Below, in pieces: positions 12,812 through 29,655 of a DNA stretch of 64,000 bases. The position numbers and the translations under genes were made by a program. Under the pieces are notes generated by a model, which saw only the letters and a list, made by a program, of their open reading frames with translations, had not been told where the DNA came from and did not search any database. Every line of letters begins with the position of its first letter. The stretch's first letter is position 1. The DNA is from Deinococcus sp. (GTDB lineage: Bacteria; Deinococcota; Deinococci; Deinococcales; Deinococcaceae): assembly GCA_965261005.1 (NCBI GenBank), contig OZ253375.1:1280001-1344000 (forward strand), read 5' to 3'.

Positions 12812-13921
12812 TCAGGTCCGCGTGCCCACCCGGCGCCCGCGGCCACCCGACCGGCCCTCCTCGCGGTAGCCGGCCTCGAAGCGCGCCAGGTGCGGCTCAA
12901 TGGTGACGCCCGAGGGGTCATCCAAATCAGTCAGGCCGCCCCAACTGCGCCACAGCGCCAAGATATCCCGCAGCAGCCTTTCGGTGCCGGTCTTGCCGCC
13001 CTCGCCCCAGCGGGTGCGGTGTTCGGCGCGCACGGCGTCCAGCAGGCCGTAGAGCTTGTTGTGCGACACCCGCAGGCGGCTGGCCGCGTCCGGAACGAGC
13101 CGGCCCGCCTCCACCTCCGCGCGCAGCGCGCCCAGCAGCAGCAGCGCCGCCGCCGACACGACCGATCGGCCGGGCGACCAACGCGCCGCCTGACCGCGCA
13201 CCTGGCCGCCGCGCAGCAAGGTGGCGTAACTGGGGTGGAGTTCCAGCGCCCAACCGAGGGTCTCCTCCAGTTCATGGCGAAGTGCGCCGTCCTCCAGGGC
13301 GGCGTAGGCCCCCGGATCGTCGGCGCGCAGCAGCGCGGGGCCGATGAGCAGGGCGCGGGCGGCGCGCTGGGCGGGAGTGGGCGGCAACTCGGGCGGGCTG
13401 GAGATCAGGTAGGCCGCCCCCGCCGTGAACTCCAGGAGTGCGCCCGCCTGCGCCGCACCGCCCTCCCACCCTTGGGTCTGGTCGTCCAGCAGCCGCAGGG
13501 CGCCCAGCTCCCCCAGGGCGCGCACCGCCTGCACCAGGGCGCGGCGGCTGGTCAGCTCGCTGAAGTCGAGGCCGGACGGCTCGGCGATGGCCCCCGACAG
13601 CTCAGATAAGCTGAACTGCCTCGCCTCGCCGGGGCGCAGCCCCAGGTACTCGTGAAACCACAGCGTCCAGGCCAGCATGGCGCAGGCCCGCGCGGTCGTG
13701 AGGCTCCCAAAAGCGCGGCCCCCCTCGCTTTTTTCCGGCGCGGCGACCAAGCGCACCACCCCCGGCCCCACCTGCACCGGCCACCCCGCCACCCGCGCGA
13801 ACCAGGCGCGCACCTCCAGCCGCCAAGCGTAGACCTCACGAAAACCGTCCACGTCCTCTTGCAAGAGGGGGGTTTCCAAGAGAACGCGCAGGGCCTGTTG
13901 CAGGGCGCCGGGGGCGGTCAT
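12812..13921 (-). CDS. jetB: Wadjet type II JetB (TIGR02678; DUF2398)
   Basis: ALRVLLETPLL...WFARVAGW...RRALVQAVRAL; ATG 13921 overlaps the jetA stop (TGATG); operon position. Confidence 0.82.
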   Translation of the reverse strand: MTAPGALQQALRVLLETPLLQEDVDGFREVYAWRLEVRAWFARVAGWPVQVGPGVVRLVAAPEKSEGGRAFGSLTTARACAMLAWTLWFHEYLGLRPGEARQFSLSELSGAIAEPSGLDFSELTSRRALVQAVRALGELGALRLLDDQTQGWEGGAAQAGALLEFTAGAAYLISSPPELPPTPAQRAARALLIGPALLRADDPGAYAALEDGALRHELEETLGWALELHPSYATLLRGGQVRGQAARWSPGRSVVSAAALLLLGALRAEVEAGRLVPDAASRLRVSHNKLYGLLDAVRAEHRTRWGEGGKTGTERLLRDILALWRSWGGLTDLDDPSGVTIEPHLARFEAGYREEGRSGGRGRRVGTRT

Positions 13922-15381
13922 CACTCGGCCTCGCCCAGCAGGCGCAGCGTCGCGCCGCGCTCCAACCACAGGTGCCAATCCGCGCCGCGCACCTGGGCCG
14001 GGTCGTCCGTCGGTTGCACCTCGATCAGGCGTCCCTCCGGCCCGGCGGCGGGGCCGAGGCTGCCGGCGTCCAGCCAACTCAGCACGTCGCGCAACATCTC
14101 GACGTCGGGCAGCTCCAAGTCGGCCAGGTGCAGCTCGCCGCCCGCGTTCTTGAACAGCGCCAGCAAGGCTTTTTGACGCTCGCGGTGCTTTCTGAGCGCC
14201 TCGCGGGCGGCGGCGCGCGCCTCGGGGCTGGTGCGACCGACCGAGGCCGAGGGTGTGGCCGCCAGCTTGCCGCGCACCACCGGCGTGAGCGTCACCGTCT
14301 CGATTGGCTCGCGCCACGGATCTGCGGCCGGCTCGGGCGGCACGTCGCCGCCGGCGTGCAAACCGGCGAACAGGTGCAGCTGCGCGCTCAGCAGCTCGCG
14401 GGCGCGGGCGGGGTCCTCTTCCCCCTCCAGCTCGCGCGCCAGGTCGGCCAGGGCGCCGGCCCGCCCCAGGCCGAGTTCGCGGGTGCGGTGCACCGCGTCC
14501 ACGTAGGCCAGCACTCGCGCCACCGCGCCGCGTAGCGCCTCGACGGCGTACTCCAGCCCGTCCCCCTCGCGGGCGGGCCGCGAAAACCAGCCTTCGAAGG
14601 CGGCGAACTCGCGCGCCAGCGTCGCCCTTGCCCGGCTGGCGTCCACCAGGTTCGCCCCCACCGTCAAACGGCCCGAGCGCGCCCGCGCCGCCGTGAGAAT
14701 AAAGCGCTCGCGCCGCGCCGCGCCCCACTCCGCCAGCCGCCCCCGCACCCGCCGCCCCGGCCCGGCCAGCTCACGGGCCAGCCGCTCGACGTAGGCGCGC
14801 ACCGCGTCCTTGAAGTCGAGAAAGTCGCCCAGATCCTCCAAGCTCAGGCGGCGCTCCAGGTTGACCGCCAAGTTGCGCGCGTCCCCCGACAAGGCCAGGA
14901 AGTCGCGGTTCAGCTCGTACCACAGCGTCTCGATCTCCTCGGCGTCGGCCGCTTGATCAGCGCCCGCCTCGTCCAGCAGCACTTCCAGCGCCTGCACGCG
15001 CGCCTCGATGTTGGCGACCACGCCCACGCCCACCGTCACGGCGTCCTCGGCGGCGTCGAGGCCCGTTTCCAGAAAGCCCTCGATGGCCAGGGCGCGGTTC
15101 GTGGCGTAGTAGAGGTCGCGCCGCCGCGCGTACTCGGCCAGGCTCGCCACCCGCCGGGGATCGCGCCGCTTGCCCAGGTTGCCCCAGGCCAGTAGCTGCT
15201 CCAGGTCCAGCAGGCAGGCGTCGAGCGTGTACCCCGCGCCGCCCACCGCCGCCGCCACGTCCTCGGGCGGCAGGGCGCCGCGCTGGGCGAGGTGCTGCTC
15301 GTAGAAGAAGCGCATGACCCGCCGGTACAGCTCGGCCTTGGGGGCCGTCAGGTAGCTGAACTCGCTCAGGGCGCCGAACAC
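13921..15381 (-). CDS. jetA: Wadjet type II JetA (TIGR02677; DUF2397)
   Basis: FSYLTAPKAELYRRVMRFF, LEQLLAWGNL, FLDFKDAVRAY; first gene of the four-gene operon. Confidence 0.85.
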   Translation of the reverse strand: MFGALSEFSYLTAPKAELYRRVMRFFYEQHLAQRGALPPEDVAAAVGGAGYTLDACLLDLEQLLAWGNLGKRRDPRRVASLAEYARRRDLYYATNRALAIEGFLETGLDAAEDAVTVGVGVVANIEARVQALEVLLDEAGADQAADAEEIETLWYELNRDFLALSGDARNLAVNLERRLSLEDLGDFLDFKDAVRAYVERLARELAGPGRRVRGRLAEWGAARRERFILTAARARSGRLTVGANLVDASRARATLAREFAAFEGWFSRPAREGDGLEYAVEALRGAVARVLAYVDAVHRTRELGLGRAGALADLARELEGEEDPARARELLSAQLHLFAGLHAGGDVPPEPAADPWREPIETVTLTPVVRGKLAATPSASVGRTSPEARAAAREALRKHRERQKALLALFKNAGGELHLADLELPDVEMLRDVLSWLDAGSLGPAAGPEGRLIEVQPTDDPAQVRGADWHLWLERGATLRLLGEAE

Positions 15382-15387
15382 GCGGGC

Positions 15388-15418
15388 AGTATAACGACCC
15401 GCCTATGCGATGTACAAT
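15388..15418. promoter_or_regulatory. back-to-back leaderless promoters: TATACT (minus, jetA) and TACAAT (plus, antitoxin)
   Basis: TATACT 6 nt before jetA GTG; TACAAT at 15413-15418, 8 nt before ATG 15427. Confidence 0.65.
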
Positions 15419-15426
15419 GGCAGTGT

Positions 15427-15723
15427 ATGAGCATGATCCGCAAGCAGGTCTACCTGGAGAGCAAGCAGGACGCCAAGCTCAAGCGCCTCGCGCGGGCCAG
15501 CGGGCGCACCGAGTCGGAGCTGATCCGCCAGGCCGTGGAGCAGTTGCCCGAGACAACCGACCCGGTGCTGGAGGCTTTGCGCGCGGCGGGGCTGCTGGCC
15601 GAGCCAAGGCTGGGGCCACCCAGAGACCCGGGCGCCCGCGCCCGCTTTGAGACTTGGGCAAAAGAGCACGGACCGATTGGCCTTTCTGACGCGGTGCTTG
15701 AAGACCGGGCCGAACAGATTTGA
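15427..15723 (+). CDS. CopG/ribbon-helix-helix antitoxin (VapB-like)
   Basis: MIRKQVYL...LKRLARASGRTESELIRQAVE RHH pattern; overlaps the downstream PIN gene. Confidence 0.8.
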   Translation: MSMIRKQVYLESKQDAKLKRLARASGRTESELIRQAVEQLPETTDPVLEALRAAGLLAEPRLGPPRDPGARARFETWAKEHGPIGLSDAVLEDRAEQI

Positions 15724-16165
15724 GCATTTACCTCGACACGTCGGCGCTGGTCAAGCGGTACGACCCAGAGGAATCGGGCGCGGTCAGAGTCAACGCTCTT
15801 TTCGCCCGGCGACAGGACTTACCCGTCTACACTTCGGCCCTCAGCACACCGGAGTTGGCCTCCGCGCTACGGCGCAAACGCAACCGCGGCGACCTCAGCG
15901 AGGCCAGCGTAAGCCTGATCTGGAACGCCTTTTTAGAAGACCTGACCAAGGATTATCAGTTTGTCAGCCCAGACGCAGCGGTGTTGCAGTCCGCCTCCAA
16001 GCTCATCTTTGACCACGGCCTGCGCGCCTACGACGCCGTGCAACTCGCCTCAGCCTTGCAACTCGCCGAGGTGGCGCGCCTCAAGCCGCTTGAGCTGCGC
16101 TTCTACACGGCGGACGCGGCGCTCGCGGCGGTGGCCGGGGCCGAGGGGCTGAGCGTACCCCCTCT

Positions 16166-16169
<4 letters not shown>
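15720..16169 (+). CDS. vapC: PIN-domain VapC toxin
   Basis: IYLDTSALVKRY, E(L)ASAL, LRAYDAVQLASA, FYTADAAL. Confidence 0.9.
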
Positions 16170-17503
<1,334 letters not shown>

Positions 17504-17585
17504 AAACAGTCCTTGCCCGCACGGGCCGAGCAGAGCGAGTGAGGACCACGGCCGTCCGTGGTCCGGTTCGCTCAGGCCAACGCCC

Positions 17586-18047
17586 TCAGCCGATCACGAA
17601 CAGCGTCTGCCCGTACTCCACCGGGTCGGCATTCTTCACCAACACCTGCTGCACCACACCGGCCGCCTCCGACTCGATCTCGTTCATCAGCTTCATGGCC
17701 TCAATGATGCACAGCACCTGGCCCACCTCCACCCGGTCGCCCACCTTGACGAAAGGGGCCGCCTCGGGCGAGGACGCCGCGTAAAAGGTGCCGACGATGG
17801 GCGCCTTGACGGGGGCGCCGCTGGCGGTAGGGGCGGGTTCCGGCGCCGGCTCTGGCGCTTGGGCGACGGGGGCCTCACCGGAGGGTGGGGCGGCAAGCAA
17901 AGACAATGGCACAGCCGGCTCGGCGGCCATCTGCCCCTGGACGCCGCGCCTTAAGTTCAGCTCGTAGTCCGCCGTTTTCAGGCTGAACTCGCGCACGTCC
18001 GCCGTCATCAGGGCGTCGAGGATCCGCTTCAGCTCGCGCGGGTCCAC
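17586..18047 (-). CDS. accB: biotin carboxyl carrier protein
   Basis: IEAMKLMNEIE biotinylation motif. Confidence 0.95.
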   Translation of the reverse strand: MDPRELKRILDALMTADVREFSLKTADYELNLRRGVQGQMAAEPAVPLSLLAAPPSGEAPVAQAPEPAPEPAPTASGAPVKAPIVGTFYAASSPEAAPFVKVGDRVEVGQVLCIIEAMKLMNEIESEAAGVVQQVLVKNADPVEYGQTLFVIG

Positions 18048-18048
18048 G

Positions 18049-18606
18049 TCAGGCCCGGCTCAGGTATTCGCCGGTGCGGGTGTCCACGCGCACGTTGGTG
18101 CCGTTCTCGACGAAGAGCGGCACCTGAACGGTCGCGCCCGTCTCCAGCTTGGCGGGCTTAGTGCCGCCCGAGACGGTGTCGCCGCGCACGCCGGGATCGG
18201 TCTCCACGATTTGCAACACCAGTTGGTTGGGCAGGCTGATCTTGAGCGGCTTGTCGCGGTACAGTTGCACCTCGACCTCGGTGTTCTCCTTGAGGAACTT
18301 GGAGGCGTCCCCCGCTAGCACCGGGGGCAAGCTGACCTGGTCGAAGGTCTCCATGTCCATGAAGATGAAGTCCTGGCCGTCCTTGTAGAGGTACTGCATC
18401 GGCTTGGTTTCCACGAAGATGTCCTGCAACTTCTCGGTACTGTTAAAGGTGCGGTCCACGATGGCGCCGGTCTCCAAGTTCCTGAACTTGGTCACCACCT
18501 TGGCCCCGCCGCGCCCCATCTTGAGGTGCGAATACTCCAGGCACTCCCACAGGGCGCCGTCCATCTCCACTTTGGTTCCGTTTCTCAAATCCGTTACGCT
18601 GATCAT
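18049..18606 (-). CDS. efp: elongation factor P
   Basis: HLKMGRGGA loop, PGVRGDT, KPAKLETGA. Confidence 0.97.
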   Translation of the reverse strand: MISVTDLRNGTKVEMDGALWECLEYSHLKMGRGGAKVVTKFRNLETGAIVDRTFNSTEKLQDIFVETKPMQYLYKDGQDFIFMDMETFDQVSLPPVLAGDASKFLKENTEVEVQLYRDKPLKISLPNQLVLQIVETDPGVRGDTVSGGTKPAKLETGATVQVPLFVENGTNVRVDTRTGEYLSRA

Positions 18607-18625
18607 AAAGAGCTGTCCTCCACGC

Positions 18626-19585
18626 TCACGCGGTCACGTTTTCGCCCGCAAGCTCGGTCACTTCGGGCTTGAAGCCCACCTGACGAATGTACTCCAGGTA
18701 CTCGGCCTCTGTTAAGGGGCGCTTCTCCCCCGACAGCGCCACGAAGAACGCCTCCATCACGTTGGTGCCGAAGCTGCGCCCCCCGATGCGCGGCGTCGTC
18801 GTGATCATTCTGGCGGCCCCGGCGGCGCGCGCCCAAGCGAGGTCCTCTGGAGTCGTCGTGTTGGTCAGGATGGTCTTGCCGTCCAGCCGACTCGGCGCGT
18901 AGCGGCGGATGTACAGAAAGTCGCCGGCCAGCACCTCGGCCCACTCGAAGTACTTGGTGCCGGCGCCCTGCACGGTCTTTTCCTGCTTTTCGCCGGTCGG
19001 GTAGAACCAGGTGAAGGGGAGCTTGGTGACCACCGGCAGCAGCGTGGTCGCCACCCGGCGCAGGCTTTGGGTGGAGCGCATGGGGTAGTTGACGTTCAGG
19101 CTGAAGATGGCGTCCCCGAAGACCACGTCCGCGCCCGCCTCGACCAGGGCCTCGGCCATGCCGAAGCGGTCCACCGCCGCGACCATCAGCGTCTTGCGCC
19201 CGCGCCAGTGAACGACCGGCTCCAGCAGCCGCACCGCCTCACGCTCCAAGGTGTGCTTGAGGCCCGAGCCGTCGAGCAGCGGCGTCACCTTGGCGTTCTG
19301 CGCCAACCTCGCGATGTCGCGAAAGGTGTAGCGCCGCTCGCCCACCACCAGGTACAAGTCCGCCCCGCCCAGCCCGAAGGCGTCCACCTTGCCGTCGAGG
19401 GCCGCCAGCAGCTCCCCGGCCCGCTTCATGTCGCCGTTCGTGCCGATGCGCTCCAGCACGAACTTCTGGCCCAGCACCTCGGTCTCTTGCCTGGAGTCGC
19501 GCTTGTTCGAGCCGATCGAGACGCTCACCACGTGTTTGAAGCCGCTGGGCGCGGGCGTCCAGCCGGCGGGCAGGGGGTCAGTCAT
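18626..19585 (-). CDS. conserved uncharacterised protein (family often auto-annotated 'quinate 5-dehydrogenase')
   Basis: VVSVSIGS...ERIGTNGD...DAFGLGG...DGSGLKHTLE...GRSFGTNVMEA; SD AAGGAG; function unverified. Confidence 0.6.
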   Translation of the reverse strand: MTDPLPAGWTPAPSGFKHVVSVSIGSNKRDSRQETEVLGQKFVLERIGTNGDMKRAGELLAALDGKVDAFGLGGADLYLVVGERRYTFRDIARLAQNAKVTPLLDGSGLKHTLEREAVRLLEPVVHWRGRKTLMVAAVDRFGMAEALVEAGADVVFGDAIFSLNVNYPMRSTQSLRRVATTLLPVVTKLPFTWFYPTGEKQEKTVQGAGTKYFEWAEVLAGDFLYIRRYAPSRLDGKTILTNTTTPEDLAWARAAGAARMITTTPRIGGRSFGTNVMEAFFVALSGEKRPLTEAEYLEYIRQVGFKPEVTELAGENVTA

Positions 19586-19674
19586 ACGCTCTCCTTCGGC
19601 GGATGATAACAGATGGGGTGAAACGGGCGCGAAAGCGGGTGAAGTTTGTACAGATACGTACGATAAGCTGATTT

Positions 19675-19878
19675 ATGACCGAAGCTGAAATCGCCGCTTT
19701 GCATGCCCGTCTGCGTGAAACCGCAAACCGAACCAAACACGACGAAAATGCGGAAGACATCGTGCGCTTCGTACGCGCGCTGATGGCTCGCCCTTCACCA
19801 CCGCTTCCCGGTCACTTGAGCAGTGAGGACGCCGAGCAATTGGTACGCGCGATTCGGGCGGACCGGGACGCCGAGTAA
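19675..19878 (+). CDS. small hypothetical protein, possibly an orphan antitoxin-like peptide
   Basis: TAAGCT 5 nt before the ATG; C-terminus LVRAIRADRD. Confidence 0.5.
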   Translation: MTEAEIAALHARLRETANRTKHDENAEDIVRFVRALMARPSPPLPGHLSSEDAEQLVRAIRADRDAE

Positions 19879-19886
19879 AAAACGCT

Positions 19887-21211
<1,325 letters not shown>

Positions 21212-21215
<4 letters not shown>

Positions 21216-22441
21216 GGATAGACTCCTCTGAGGGCGGTCGCGTCGTGCAAACGGTTCAGGGCCACGGCGTAAGCGGCGGCGCGCAAGTCGGTCTTGGCTT
21301 GTTTTTGCATGGTCAGCACCACGTCCAGCATGGCGTTCGTGCGGCGCTCCAGGGCCGAGAGAATCTCCTCCTCGGTCCAGAAAAAGCTGCTGGCGTCCTG
21401 CACCCACTCCAGGTAGCTGAGGGTCGCGCCACCGCCCGAGGCCACCAGATCAGGAATGACCAGGCCCGACAGCTCCCGCTCCGCGTCCGCCAGAATGGCG
21501 CGGTTGCTGGCCTCCACCAGGAAGCGGGCGCGCACGCCGGGCGCCAGGCCCTCGCCGATAATGCCCCAGTCGGCCGACAGCGCCAGCACCGTCACGTCCA
21601 GCGTCAGCAAATGGCCGCGGCTCAGGCTCCCCGCGAAGCCGACCACCGAGCCGTGCGCCTCGCGGTACTCGGCGAGGGCGGCGAGGTCGAGGCCGGCCGG
21701 GTCGTGGATGGCGCCGGCTTGGTCCGCCACGGCCACCACCCGCGCCCCGAGGTCGCTCAGGCGGCGGGCCAGCTCGCGGCCGACGCTGCCGTAGCCGTAG
21801 ACGGCCGCCGTCACCTCGCCGTCCACGTTCTTGTCGCGCAGCACCCGCTCAGTCACCAGGGCGGCGGCCCGGCCGCGCGCCTCCTTGCTGCCGTAGGAGC
21901 CGCCCAGCGCGAGCGGCTTGCCGGTCACGACGCCGCTGCTGCCCTCGCCGGTGTTTTCAACGTAGGTGTCGAGCATCCAGGCCATCACCCGCTCGTCGGT
22001 GCCGACGTCGGGGGCCATGATGTCCTGGCCCGGCCCGATGAAGTCGCTCAGCTCGCTGGTGTAGCGCCGGGTCAGGCGTTCCAGTTCTCCGGCGCTGAGG
22101 CCCTCCGGGTCCACGGCAACGCCGCCCTTGGCCCCGCCAAGGGGCAGGTCCATCACGGCGCACTTGAGGGTCATCACGGCCGCCAGTACCTCGCACTCGT
22201 AGGCGGTCAGGTCGGGCTTGTAGCGCACGCCGCCGGTGGACGGGCCGCGCGCGATGGAGTGGACCGTGCGGTAGCCCTGAAAGACCTGCACCTCACCGCT
22301 GTCCATGCGAACGGGCAAGGACAAGCTGAGGGTACGCTTGGGATGCTTGAAGTAGGCCAGCGACTGCTGGTCGGAGCGCGCGAAGGGCAGAGCGCGCTCC
22401 ATCTGTTCCATCAGCCCTGACCAGCTGAGGGCGCCCTGCAT
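21212..22441 (-). CDS. gdhA: glutamate dehydrogenase homologue, probable regulatory subunit (GdhA-like)
   Basis: GDH fold but RGPSTGG (Lys to Thr), GYGSVG and EASN; SD GGGAGG before ATG 22441; overlaps gdhB start. Confidence 0.8.
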
Positions 22442-22591
22442 ACGAACCTCCCTGACAAAGTGAAGTGATCGCCCCAGAGTATACATGGCGCCGTCCAACG
22501 AACGTCCATTTGCCAAAAGACGTGCCTTGCGGGAAGTGGGCGTATAAACGTCGAACTCGGCGGCTTCAAGCCGGGCATTCATTCAACCTGG

Positions 22592-23566
22592 CTACTTCAC
22601 CCGCTCGGCGGCGCCCTCGGCCAACGCCTCCAAGGCGCTGCGGGCCGGTGACGGGGGCAGGGCGACCAGGGCGCGAATGGCCAGCTCGGCGCGGCGGCGA
22701 ATTTCGGCGCGGGTAGCGTCAAAGGCGCCGCTTTTCTGCGCGAGCAGGCGCACCCGCTCCACGTCGCCCTCCTTTGCCGCGCGCCGCTCCAGCACGTCCC
22801 GCACCTCCTCCGCGTGCGGTCCCTGAAGCAGGTGCAGCGCCGGCAGGGTCGCCTTGCCCTCGCGCAGGTCGCCCCCGACCGGCTTGCCGAGCGTGCCCGC
22901 GTCGGCGGCCAGGTCGAGCAGGTCGTCCTGCATCTGAAAGGCGAGGCCAAACTCCAGCCCGAAGGTGGACAGCGCCTCGCACCGCTCTTGCGGCGCCCCC
23001 GTCAGCAGGGCGGGCGCGCGGGCGGCGGTGCGCAGCAGGGCGGCCGTCTTGCCGGTGATAATGCTGAGGTAGTGGTCCAGGGTGTACTCGCCGTAGGCGG
23101 CGGCCTGAAACTGCAACACCTCGCCTTCGCAGATCAGGGCGGCGGTCGCGCCGAACTCGCGGGTCAGGCCCGGCGGCATGTCCGAGAGCAGCAGCAGCAG
23201 CTTGCTGAGCATGAAGTCCCCCGACATCACGCTGACGATGTTGCCGTAACGTCGGTAGGCCGCTTCCTGACCGCGCCGGGACGCCGCGTCGTCAATCAGG
23301 TCGTCATGCAGCAGCGAGGCGCTGTGCAGCAGCTCGACCGCCACGGCGAGGTCCACCTCACGCGGGTCCACGTCGCTGGCCCCCGGATGACCGACCCCTG
23401 AACCGAGGGCGCGCGCCGCCAGAAAGGTGACGGTCGGGCGCAGGCGCTTGCCGCCCGCCGCGACCAAGTCCTCGCCGATCAGCTCGATGAACTCCACCTT
23501 CGAGCGCAGCACCTCGCGAATGCGCGCCTCAAAGGCCTCGAACGGGGCGGCAAGAGGACTGTTCAC
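22592..23566 (-). CDS. trans-polyprenyl diphosphate synthase
   Basis: GGKRLRP, LLHDDLID, FQMQDDLLD, GDLREGKATLP; leaderless TATACT 6 nt before GTG. Confidence 0.92.
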   Translation of the reverse strand: MNSPLAAPFEAFEARIREVLRSKVEFIELIGEDLVAAGGKRLRPTVTFLAARALGSGVGHPGASDVDPREVDLAVAVELLHSASLLHDDLIDDAASRRGQEAAYRRYGNIVSVMSGDFMLSKLLLLLSDMPPGLTREFGATAALICEGEVLQFQAAAYGEYTLDHYLSIITGKTAALLRTAARAPALLTGAPQERCEALSTFGLEFGLAFQMQDDLLDLAADAGTLGKPVGGDLREGKATLPALHLLQGPHAEEVRDVLERRAAKEGDVERVRLLAQKSGAFDATRAEIRRRAELAIRALVALPPSPARSALEALAEGAAERVK

Positions 23567-23734
23567 AAGGTGAGTATATCCGGCAGGGACGGGCTTTTTG
23601 ACCCGTCCATTCTCGCCGCGTGTGGCCCAGGTCGCCTTTGAGGACGAACGTCCTGACCCTCAGCTGGGCTACACTGGGGGCATGTATAGATCAGTTTCAC
23701 TGCCCTTCGCCGCGCGCTTCGGGGGGCGCCCGCG

Positions 23735-24811
<1,077 letters not shown>

Positions 24812-24825
24812 GCCGGACGTGTTTC

Positions 24826-25425
<600 letters not shown>

Positions 25426-25494
25426 GAAAAGTGAGCCGGACAAAAGCGGAGGTCAGTGTAGGCTGCGCCCCCGGCCTTGTCAAGAAAAGCGCGG

Positions 25495-25970
25495 CTACTC
25501 CAAATCGTCGTAATGGTGTAGCAACCGGGCCTCGGCGTCCTCGCCGGGGGCGTGGTGGCGCGCCACCAAGTCGGCCACCCGCGCCCGCGCCCCCGCCGCA
25601 CGCAACAGATCGGCACCCACAAGTGGGTGCCGGGCGCGAATTTCCAGCGCGCCTACGGGCAGAGCATGGGCCACGCTGACCGGCACCAGACCCGCCGACA
25701 CCCGCTCCCACACCCGGTACGGCCGCTCGCACTTGCCGCAGTCGTGCAGCAGGGCCGCCGCCACCAGTTCGGCCGAGGTTCCCGGCAGCTCGGCGATAAG
25801 GCGGCGGGCCACCCGCACGGCGTGTTCACGGTCGCGTGGGTCCATGCGCAGGTACACCGAACGCTCGCCGGCGTTCAGCCAAAGGGTTGCCCAAGCGTCG
25901 TCAGGAGCGGCCTGGGCAGCGCTGAGGCTACGCGAAAGGCGGGCAAGCTTGCCCGGCCAACCCGCCCGAC

Positions 25971-25974
<4 letters not shown>
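25495..25974 (-). CDS. HD-domain phosphohydrolase
   Basis: H...ALLHDCGK...HP...HH...DD; start overlaps the trxB stop. Confidence 0.8.
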
Positions 25975-26945
<971 letters not shown>

Positions 26946-27046
26946 ACAGGAAGATTAGCACCCCCATCAAAAACGGTTGGTCAGCCGCCTCACACACTTT
27001 ATAATTTAAAGTGAAGACTGTCTGTTCTGAAGCACCAAGAAAGACA

Positions 27047-27078
27047 AAAGCCGACCAGATGATCCGGTCGGCTTATTT
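27047..27078. terminator. terminator downstream of tRNA-Gln
   Basis: AAAAGCCGACC...GGTCGGCTT hairpin. Confidence 0.7.
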
Positions 27079-27151
27079 GGCTGGGGCACATGGATTCGAA
27101 CCATGATCGACGCTTCCAGAGAGCGTTGTCCTGCCGTTAGACGATGCCCCA
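27078..27151 (-). tRNA. tRNA-Gln (CTG)
   Basis: TGGGGCATCGTCTAACGGCAGGAC-ACGCT-CTCTGGA-AGCGT...GGTTCGAATCC...GCCCCAGCCA. Confidence 0.95.
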
Positions 27152-27306
27152 CCGTTTGGTTCCACCGCTTCAGTGCAGCGCAAAAGATTTTAGCTGGCCG
27201 GATCGCCGGCGTCAAGAGCGAGAAGGGAAAACTGGCTTGGCAGACGCGCTGCGCGGTGGTACAATTGATTGTTGACGCACTCGTGCGCTCCAGGAGGATT
27301 CAGTTG

Positions 27307-29208
<1,902 letters not shown>

Positions 29209-29222
29209 GTGGGCTGGAATGG

Positions 29223-29255
29223 AAGGGCGGGCATACGTGCCCGCCCTTTTCTTTT
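29223..29255 (+). terminator. rpsA intrinsic terminator
   Basis: AAGGGCGGGCA-TACG-TGCCCGCCCTT followed by TTCTTTT. Confidence 0.85.
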
Positions 29256-29273
29256 GAGACGAGGGGCGGACCC

Positions 29274-29648
29274 ATGAACAAAAACGACGTGTCCCGTTCG
29301 GCTTTGGCCGGTTTCTTCGTGGTCGCCGGCCTGTCGCATTTCGTGGAAACCGGAAGCTACCAAAGCGCCGTGCCGCCCCCTTTTCCGGCTCGGGCGGCCG
29401 TTTTGTGGAGCGGTGCGGCCGAAATCGCGGGTGGGTTGGGGCTGTTGCTGCCGGGAACACGCCGCGCGGCGAGCTGGGGCCTGGTCGCCCTGCTGCTGGC
29501 GGTGTGGCCGGCGAACGTCTGGATGGCGTTGCGGCCGGAACGGTTTTCACCCATTCCAGCCTGGGCCTTGTGGCTGCGGATGCCGCTGCAACTGCCGCTG
29601 CTGTGGTGGGCCTGGCGGGCCGGGCGGCCGAACGGGCGTTCGCTATAA
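29274..29648 (+). CDS. DoxX-family membrane protein
   Basis: [10 protein letters not shown]...SGAAEIAGG...VWPANVWMA...LRMPLQ. Confidence 0.75.
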   Translation: MNKNDVSRSALAGFFVVAGLSHFVETGSYQSAVPPPFPARAAVLWSGAAEIAGGLGLLLPGTRRAASWGLVALLLAVWPANVWMALRPERFSPIPAWALWLRMPLQLPLLWWAWRAGRPNGRSL

Positions 29649-29655
29649 TCCGCCC

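Noticed and set aside
17543..17564. Perfect 9-bp hairpin between accB and accC
   Set aside because: Likely an ordinary mRNA stability or processing element; no further evidence
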